Below, one piece after another: positions 55,100-64,000 of a stretch of 64,000 nucleotides of DNA. The stretch comes from Eledone cirrhosa (Eukaryota), in the NCBI GenBank assembly GCA_964016885.1, contig OZ024746.1, positions 51,150,001 to 51,214,000 on the forward strand, in the 5' to 3' direction. The notes under the pieces were generated by a model that was given only the letters and a program-made list of their open reading frames with translations, had not been told where the DNA came from and made no database searches. The position numbers and the translations under genes were made by a program. The first letter of the stretch is position 1; every line of letters starts with the position of its first letter.

Positions 55100-58000
55100 C
55101 TGCCACTGTCCCTATCTACTGTCTAGCGAATCCACAGCCAAGGGAACGAACTTGGACGGATCAACGAGATTGCCACTGCCCCTATCTACTGTCTAGCGAA
55201 ACTACAGCCAAGGGAACGAGCTTGGACGGAATAACGAGATTGCCACTGTCCCTATCTTCTGTCTAGCGAAACTACAGCCAAGTGAATGGTCTTGGGTGGA
55301 TCAACGAGATTTCCACTGCCCCTATCTGCTGTCTAGCCAAACCAAAGCCAAGGGAATCGCCTTGGGTGGATCAACGAGATTGTCACTGTCCCTATCTACT
55401 GTCTAGCGAAACCACAGCCAAGGGAACGAGCTTGGACGGATCAACGAGATTGCCACTGTCCTTATCTACTGTCTAGAGAAACCACAGTCAACCGAACGAG
55501 CTTGGGTGATTCAACGAGTTTGCCACTGTCCCTATCTACAGTCTAGCGAAATCACAGCTAAGGGAACGAGCTTGGACGGATCAACGAGATTGCCACTGAA
55601 GCTATCTTCTGTCTAGCGAAACCACAGACAAGGGAACGAGCTTGGCCGGATCAACGAGATTGCCACTGTCCCTATCTACTGTCTAGCGAAACCAAAGCCA
55701 AGTGAATGGTCTTGGGTGGATCAACGAGATTGCCACTGTCCCTATCTACTGTCTAGCCAAACCAAAGCCAAGGGAACCGCCTTAGGTGGATCAACGAGAT
55801 TGCAACTGTCCCTATCTACTGTCTAGCGAAACTACATCCAAGGGAACGAGCTTGGACGGAATAACGAGATTGCCACTGTCCCTATCTACTGTCTAACCAA
55901 ACCACAGCTAAGGGAACGAGCTTGGACGGATCAACGAGATTGCCACTGACGCTATCTACTGTCTAGCGAAACCACAGCCAAGTGAATGGTTTTGGGTGGA
56001 TCAACGAGATTGCCACTGTCCCTATCTACTGTCTAGAGAAACCACCGTCAATGGAACGAGCTAGGGTGGATCAACGAAATTGCCACTGTCCCTATCTATT
56101 GTCTAGCGAAACCACAGCCAAGGGAACGGGCGTGGCTGGATCAACGAGATTGCCACTGTCGCTATCTACTGTCTAGCGAAACCACAGCAAAGGGAACGAG
56201 CTTGGACGGAATAACGGGATTGCCACTGTCCTTATCTACTGTCTAGAGAAACCACAGTCAACCGAACGAGCTTGGGTGATTCAACGAGTTTGCCACTGTC
56301 CCTATCTACAGTCTAGCGAAATCACAGCTAAGGGAACGAGCTTGGACGGATCAACGAGATTGCCACTGAAGTTATCTTCTGTCTAGCGAAACCACAGACA
56401 AGGGAATGAGCTTGGCCGGATCAAAGAGATTGCCACTGTCCCTATCTACTGTCTAGCGAAACCAAAGCCAAGTGAATGGTCTTGGGTGGATCAACGAGAT
56501 TGCCACTGTCCCTATCTACTGTCTAGCCAAACCAAAGCCAAGGGAACCGCCTTAGGTGGATCAACGAGATTGCAACTGTCCCTATCTACTGTCTAGCGAA
56601 ACTACATCCAAGGGAACGAGCTTGGACGGAATAACGAGATTGCCACTGTCCCTATCTACTGTCTAGCGAAACCACAGCCAAGGGAACGGACTAGGTTCGA
56701 TCAACGAGATTGCCACTGAACCTATCTACTGTCTATCGAAACCACAGCCAAGGGAACGAGCTAGGACGGATCAACGAGATTGCCACTGTCCTTATCTACT
56801 GTCTAGAGAAACCACAGTCAACGGAACGAGCTTGGGTGGATAAACGAGATTGCCACTGTACCTATCGACTGTCTAGCGAAACCACAGCCAAGGGAACGGG
56901 CGTGGCTGGATCAACGAGATTGCCACTGTCGCTATCTACTGGCTAGCGAAACCACAGCCAAGGTACCGAGCTTGGACGGATCAACAAGATTGCCACTGTC
57001 CTTATCTAGTGTTTAGCGAAACCAAAGCCAAGGGAACGGGCTTGGACGGATCAACGAGATTGCCACTGTGCCTATCTACTGTCTAGCGAAACCACAGCCA
57101 ATGGAACGATATTGGACGGATCAACGAAATTGCCACTGTCCCTATCTACTGTCTAGCGAAACCACAGCCAAGGGAACGAACTTGGACGGATCACCGAGTT
57201 AGCCACTGCCTCTATGTACAGTCTAGCGAAACTACAGCCAAGGGAACGAGCTTGGACGGAATAACGGGATTGCCACTGTCCCTATCTACTGTCTAGCCAA
57301 ACCACAGCTAAGGGAACGAGCTTGGACGGAATAACGAGATTGCCACTGTCCCTATCTACTGTCTAGCGAAACCACAGCCATGGGAACGGACTAGGTTGGA
57401 TCAACGAGATTGCCACTGAACCTATCTACTGTCTATCGAAACCACAGCCAAGGGAACGAGGTTGGACGGATCAACGAGATTGCCACTGTCCTTATCTACT
57501 GTCTAGAGAAACCACAGTCAACGGAACGAGCTAGGGTGGATCGTCGAGACTGCCACTGTCCCTATCTAATGTCTAGCGAAACAATAGCTAAAGGAACGGG
57601 CGTGGACGGATCAACGAGATTACCACTGACCCTATCTACAGTCTAGCGAAACCACAGCCAAAGGAACCAGCTTGCCACTGTCCCTATCTACTGTCTAGCG
57701 AAACCACAGCCAAGTGAATGGTCTTGGCTGAATCAACGAGATTGCCACCGTCCCTATCTACTGTCTAGCCAAACCAAAGCCAAGGGAACGAGCTTGGCTG
57801 GATCAACTAGATTGACACTGTCCCTATCTACTGGCGAGAGAAACCACAGTCAACGGAACGTGCTTGGGTGGATCAACGATATTGCCACTGTCCCTATCTA
57901 TTGTCTAGCGAAACCACAGCCAAGGGAACGGACTTGGTTGAATCGTCGAGATTACTACTGAACCGATCTACTGTTTAGCGAATCCACAGCCAAGGAAACG

Positions 58001-58743
58001 AGCTTGGACGGATCAACGAGATTGCCACTGTCCTTATCTACTGTCTAGAGAAACCACGGTCAACGGAACGAGCTTGGGTGGATAAACGGGATTGCCACTG
58101 TACCTATCTACTGTCTAGCGAAACCACAGCCAAAGGAACGAGATTGGCTGGATCAATGAGATTGCCACTGTCCCTATCTACTGTCTAGCGAAACCACAAC
58201 CAAGGGAACGAACTTGGACGGATCAACGAGTTTGCCACTGCCCCTATCTATTGTCTAGAGAAACCACAGTCAATGGAACGAGCTTGGGTGGATCAACGAG
58301 ATTGCCACTGTCCCTATCTATTGTCTAGCGAAACCACAGCGAAGGGAACGTGCGTGGCTGGATCAATAAGATTGCCACTGTCGCTATCTACTGTCTAGCG
58401 AAACCGCAGCCAAGGGAACGAGCTTGGACGGAATAACGGGATTGCCACTGTCCCTATCTACTGTCTAGCCAAACCACAGCTAAGGGAACGAGCTTGGCCG
58501 GATCAACGAGATTGCCACTGTCCCTATCTACTGTCTAGCGAAACCACAGCCAAGGGAACGAGCTTGGACGGATCGACGAGATTTCCACTGTCCTTCTCTA
58601 CTGTCTAGAGAAACCACAGTCAATGGAACCAGCTAGGTTGGATCAACGAGATTGCCACTGTCCCTATCTAATGTCTAGCGAAACAACAGCCAAGGGAACA
58701 GGCGTGGCTGGATCAACGATATTGCCACTGTCGCTATCTACTG

Positions 58744-58777
<34 letters not shown>

Positions 58778-60892
58778 CTGGATCAATGAGATTGCCACTG
58801 TCCCTATCTATTGTCTAGCGAAACCACAGCCAAGGGAACGAACTTGGACGGATCAACGAGATTGCCACTGTCCCTATCTACTGTCTAGCGAAACCACAGC
58901 CAAGAGAACGGGCTTGGGTGAATCAACGTGATTGCCACTGTCCCTATCTACTGTCTAGAGAAACCACAGACAAGGGAACGAGCTTGGCCGGATCAACGAG
59001 ATTGCCACTGTCCTTATCTACTGTCTTGCGAAACCACAGCCAAGTGAATGGTCTTGGGTGGATCAATGAGATTGCCATTGTCCCTATCTACTATCTAGCC
59101 AAACCAAAGCCAAGGGAACCGCCTTAGGTGGATCAACGAGATTGCCACTGTCCCTATCTACTGTCTAGCGAAACCACAGCTAAGCGAACGAGCTTGGACG
59201 TATCAACGAGATTGCCACTGTCCTTATCTACTGTCTAGAGAAACCACAGTCAGCGGAACGAGCTAGGGTGGATCATCGAGACTGCCACTGTCCCTATCTA
59301 ATGTCTAGCGAAACAACAGCCAAGGGAACGGGCGTGGCTGGATCAACGATATTGCTACTGTCGCTATCTACTGTCTAGCGAAACCACAGCCACGGGAACG
59401 AACTTGGACGGATCAACGAGATTGCCACTGTCCCTATCTACTGTCTAGCGAAACTACAGCCAAGGGAACGAGCTTGGACGGATCAACGAGATTGCCACTG
59501 ACCCTATCTACAGTCTAGCGAAACCACAGCCAAGGGAACCAGATTGCCACTGTCCCTATCTACTGTCTAGCGAAACCACAGCCAAGTGAATGGTCTTGGC
59601 TGAATCAACGAGATTGCCACCGTCCCTATCTACTGTCTAGCCAAACCAAAGCCAAGGGAACGAGCTTGGGTGGATCAACTAGATTGACACTGTCCCTATC
59701 TACTGGCAAGAGAAACCACAGTCAACGAAACGTGCTTGGGTGGATCAACGATATTGCCACTGTCCCTATCTATTGTCTAGCGAAACCACAGCCAAGGGAA
59801 CGGACTTGGTTGAATCGTCGAGGTTGCTACTGAACCGATCTACTGTCTAGCGAATCCACAGCCAAGGGAACGAGCTTGGACGGATCAACGAGATTGCCAC
59901 TGTCCTTATCTACTGTCTAGAGAAACCACGGTCAACGGAACGAGCTTGGGTGGATAAACGAGATTGCCACTGTACCTATCTACTGTCTAGCGAAACCACA
60001 GCCAAGGGAACGGGATTGGCTGGATCAATGAGATTGCCACTGTCCATATCTACTGTCTAGCGAAACCACAACCAAGGGAACGAACTTGGACGGATCAACG
60101 AGTTTGCCACTGCCCCTATCTATTGTCTATAGAAACCACAGTCAATGGAACGAGCTTGGGTGGATCAACGAGATTGCCACTGTCCCTATCTATTGTCTAG
60201 CGAAACCACAGCAAAGGGAACGGGCTTAGCTGGATCAATTAGATTGCCACTGTCCCAATCTACTGTCTAGCGATACCGCAGCCAAGGGAACGAGCTTGGA
60301 CGGAATAACGGGATTGCCACTGTCCCTATCTACTGTCTAGCCAAACCACAGCTAAGGGAACGAGCTTGTACGGATCAACGAGATTGCTACTGACCCTATC
60401 TCCTGTCTAGCGAAATCACAGACAAGGGAACGAGCTTGGCCGGATCAACGAGATTGCCACTGTCCCTATCTACTGTCTAGCGAAACCACAGACAAGGGAA
60501 CGAGCTTGGCCGGATCAACGATTGCCACTGTCCCTATCTACTGTCTAGCGAAACCACAGCCAAGTGAATGGTCTTGGGTGGATCAACGATATTGCCACTG
60601 TCTCTATCTACTATCTAGCCAAACCAAAGCCAAGGGAACCGCCTTATGTGGATCAACGAGATTGCCACTGTCCCTATCTACTGTCTAGCGAAACCACAGC
60701 CAAGGGAACGAGCTTGGACGTATCAACGAGATTGCCACTGTCCTTATCTTCTGTCTAGAGAAACTACAGTCAACGGAACGAGCTTGGGTGATTCAACGAG
60801 ATTGCCACTGTCCCTATCAACTGGTTAGCGAAACCACAGCCAATGAAATGGGCGTGGCTGTTCAACGAGAATGCCACTGTCGCTATCTACTG

Positions 60893-60926
<34 letters not shown>

Positions 60927-61994
60927 CTGGATCAACAAGATTGCCACTGTCCTTATCTACTGTCTAGCCAAACCAAAGCCAAGGGAACGGCCTTGGGTGG
61001 ATCAACGAGATTGCCACTGTCCCTATCTACTGTCTAGCGAAACTACAGCCAAGGGAACGAGCTTAGACGGAATAACGAGATTGCCACTGTCCCTATCTAC
61101 TGTCTATCGAAACCACAGCCAAGGGAACGAGCTTGGACGGATCAACGAGATTGCCACTGTCCTTATCTACTGTCTAGAGAAACCACAGTCAACGGAACGA
61201 GCTAGGGTGGATCATCGAGATTGCCACTGTCCCTTTCTAATGTCTAGCTAAAAAACAGCCTAGGGAACGGGCGTGGCTGGATCACCGATATTGCCACTGT
61301 CGCTAACTACTGTCTAGCAAAACCACAGCCAAGGGAACGGGCTTGGCTGGATCAATGAGATTGCCACTGTCCCTATCTACTGTCTAGCGAAACCACAGCC
61401 AAGGGAACGAACATGGACGGATCAACGAGATTGCCACTGACCCTATCTACAGTCTAGCGAAAACACAGACAAGGGAACCAGCTTGCCACTGTCCCTATCT
61501 ACTGTCTAGCGAAACCACAGCCATGTGAATGGTCTTGGCTGGATCAACGAGATTGCCACTGTCCCTATCTCCTGTCTAGCCAAACCAAAGCCAAGGGAAC
61601 GAGCTTGGGTGGATCAACGAGATTGACACTGTCCCTATCTACTGGCTAGAGAAACCACAGTCAACGGAACGAGCTTGGTGGATCAACGAGATTGCCACTG
61701 TCCCTATCTATTGTCTAGTGAAACCACAGCCAAGGGATCGGACTTGGTTGAATCATCGAGATTGCTACTGAACCGATCTACTGTCTAGTGAATCCACAGC
61801 CAAGGGAACGAGCTTGGACGGATCAACGAGATTGCCACTGTCCTTATCTACTGTCTAGAGAAACCACAATCAACGGAACGAGCTTGGGTGGATAAATGAG
61901 ATTGCTACTGTACCTATCTACTGTCTAGCGAAACCACAGCCAAGGGAACGGGCGTGGCTGGATCAACGAGATAGCCACTGTCGCTATCTACTGG

Positions 61995-62027
<33 letters not shown>

Positions 62028-63740
62028 CTGGATCAATGAGATTGCCACTGTCCCTGTCTACTTTTTAGCGAAACCACAGCCAAGGGAACGAACTTGGACG
62101 GATCAACGAGTTTTCACTGCCCCTATGTACAGTCTAGCGAAACTACAGCCAAGGGAACGAGCTTGGACGGAATAACGGGATTGCCACTGTCCCTATCTAC
62201 TGTCTAGCCAAACCACAGCTAAGGGAACGAGCTTGGACGGATCAACGAGATTGCCACTGACCCTATCTACTGTCTAGTGAAACCACAGACAAGGGAACGA
62301 GCTTGGCCGGATGAAAGAGATTGCCACTGTCGCTATCTACTGTCTAGAGAAACCACAGTCAATGGAACGAGCTTGGGTGGATCAACAAGATTGCCACTGT
62401 CCCTATCTATTGTCTAGCGAAACCACAGCGAAGGGAACGGGCGTGGCTGGATCAACGAGATTGCCACTGTCGCTATCTACTGTCTAGCGAAACCACAGCA
62501 AAGGGAACGGGCTTGGCTGGATCAATGAGATTGCCACTGTCCCTATCTAGTGTCTAGCGAAACCGCAGCCAAGGGCACGAGCTTGGACGGAATAACGGGA
62601 TTGCCACTGTCCCTATCTACTGTCTAGCCAAACCAGAGCTAAGGGAACGAGCTTGGACGGATCAACGAGATTGCCACTGACCCTGTCTTCTCTCTAGCGA
62701 AACCACAGACAAGGGAACGACCTTGGCCGGATCAACGAGTTTGCCACTGTCTCTATCTACTGTCTAGCCAAACCAAAGCCAAAGGAACGGCCTTCGGTGG
62801 ATCAACGAGATTGAGACTGTCCCTATCTACTGTCTAGCGCAACCACAGCCAAGAGAACGGGCTTGGGTGGATCAACGAGATTGCCACTGAACCTATCTAC
62901 TGTCTAGCGAAACCACAGCCAAGGGAACGAACTTGGACGGATCAACGAGATTGCCACTGTCCTTATCTACTATCTAGACGAACCACAGTCAACGGAACGA
63001 GCTCGGGTGGCTCAACGAGATTCCCACTGTCCATATCTACTGTCTAGCGAAACCACAGCCAAGTGAACGAACTTGGACGGATCAACGAGATGGCCACTGT
63101 CCCTATCTACTGTCTAGCCAAACCACAGCCAAGGGAACGAGCTTGGACGGATCAACGAAATTGCCACTGACCCTATCTACTGCCTAGTGAAACCACAGAC
63201 AAGGGAACGAGCTTGGCCGGATCAACGAGATTGCCACTGTTCCTATCTACTGTCTAGCGAAACCACAGCCAAGTGAATGGTCTTGGGTGGATCAACGAGA
63301 TTGCCACTGTCCCTATCTACTGTCTAGAGAAACCACAGTTAATGGAACGAGCTTGGTTGGATCAACGAGATTGCCACTGTCCCCATCTATTGTCTAGCGA
63401 AACCACAGCCAAGTGAACGGGCGTGGCTGTTTAACGAGATTGCCACTGTCGCTATCTAGTGTCTAGCGAAACCACAGCCAACCGAACGTGCTTGGCTGGA
63501 TCAACGAGATTGCCACTGTCCCTATCTACTGTCTAGCTAAAACAAAGCCAAGGGAACGCTTTGGGTGTATCAATGAGATTCCCACTGTCACTATCTACTG
63601 TCTAGCGCAACCACAGCCAAGGGAACGGCTTTGGGTGGATCAACGAGTCTGACACTGCCCCTCTCTACTGCCTAGCGAAACCACAGCCAAGGGAACGTGC
63701 GTGGCTGGATCAACGAGATTGCCACTGTCCCTATCTACTG

Positions 63741-63774
<34 letters not shown>

Positions 63775-64000
63775 CTGGATCAATGAGATTGGCACTGTCC
63801 CTATCTACTGTCTAGCGAAACCACAGCCAAGGGAACGAAGCTGGACGGATCAACGAGATTGCCACTGCCTCTATCTACTTTCTAGTGAAACTACAGCCAA
63901 GGGAACGAGCTTGGGTGGATCAACGAGTTTGACACTGTCCCTCTCTACTGTCTAGCGAAACCACAGCCTAGAGAACGGGATTGGGTGGATCAACGAGATT
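55100..64000 (+). repeat. Right sub-domain: more diverged monomers, ~1.9-kb period marked by 52-bp deletion monomers
   Basis: An 18-bp deletion monomer at ~57665, 59537 and 61476. More private substitutions toward 64000 (visual impression). The left boundary is approximate. Confidence 0.75.

Larger units (their letters stand above)
1..64000 (+). repeat. 70-bp tandem satellite DNA array (~915 head-to-tail monomers) derived from a 28S/25S rRNA gene segment; runs off both window ends
   Basis: The consensus tactgtctagcgaaaccacagccaagggaacgagcttggacggatcaacgagattgccactgtccctatc (70 nt) recurs throughout with only substitutions and rare small indels. No inversion or non-repeat insert was seen. Confidence 0.99.

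Noticed and set aside
2345-61251. All supplied ORFs (60-139 aa, with repeating DQRDCHCPY / GSTRLPLSLSTV / INEIATV motifs)
   Set aside because: Since 70 mod 3 = 1, the single TAG in TCTAG stops each frame once per 210 bp, giving ORFs of about 64 aa. Longer ones occur only where that TAG is mutated (e.g. 'gactggcg' at ~17887). Many start at GTG or TTG, and the peptides are just the three frames of the monomer. The CHC 'metal-binding' look is incidental.
1-64000. CRISPR-like array (conserved part plus variable part)
   Set aside because: The variable segments are homologous alleles of one sequence reused hundreds of times, not unique spacers. There is no leader and there are no cas genes, and the monomer is eukaryotic-rRNA-like.
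1-64000. Functional rRNA gene or rDNA unit
   Set aside because: Only one 70-nt LSU fragment is present. There is no other 28S, 18S, 5.8S, ITS or IGS sequence.
1-64000. tRNA array (70-nt unit, CCA motifs)
   Set aside because: There is no cloverleaf and no T-loop GTTCRA or A/B box pattern. The rRNA origin explains the sequence.
1-64000. Sequencing concatemer or rolling-circle/PCR artefact
   Set aside because: Stable monomer classes, hierarchical duplications with shared rare variants and very low indel rates indicate a real, evolved genomic array. Exact copy numbers of the youngest duplications still need read support.
1-64000. Inserted R1/R2 retroelement or group I intron
   Set aside because: No non-satellite sequence, reverse transcriptase or endonuclease ORF was seen anywhere in the window.

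Overview
The whole 64 kb window is one uninterrupted head-to-tail tandem satellite with a 70-bp monomer (about 915 copies, about 53% GC, one orientation). I see no genes, mobile elements or unique sequence. Read from GGAT, the monomer (GGATCAACGAGATTGCCACTGTCCCTATCTACTGTCTAGCGAAACCACAGCCAAGGGAACG[A/G]GCTTGG[AC/GT/CT]) is a near-verbatim sense-strand fragment of eukaryotic 28S/25S rRNA. It covers the end of domain IV plus helix H72, about yeast 25S 2315-2384, and the best monomers match 66/70 against the rRNA sequence as I recall it. This fragment lies just downstream of the R2 retrotransposon site and contains the R1 retrotransposon target TGTCCCTATCTACT. The array is therefore an rDNA-coding-region-derived satellite holding hundreds of slightly altered R1 target sites, with no insertion visible. 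It is layered: an indel-marked left domain, an 18.7-kb indel-free core built from nested 40-82-monomer duplications, and a more diverged right domain, with an ordered module of about 9 monomers recurring across much of it. All supplied ORFs are artefacts of the 70-bp period. The rRNA and R1 identifications come from memory and need a BLAST/Infernal check. The host organism cannot be determined beyond probably eukaryotic.
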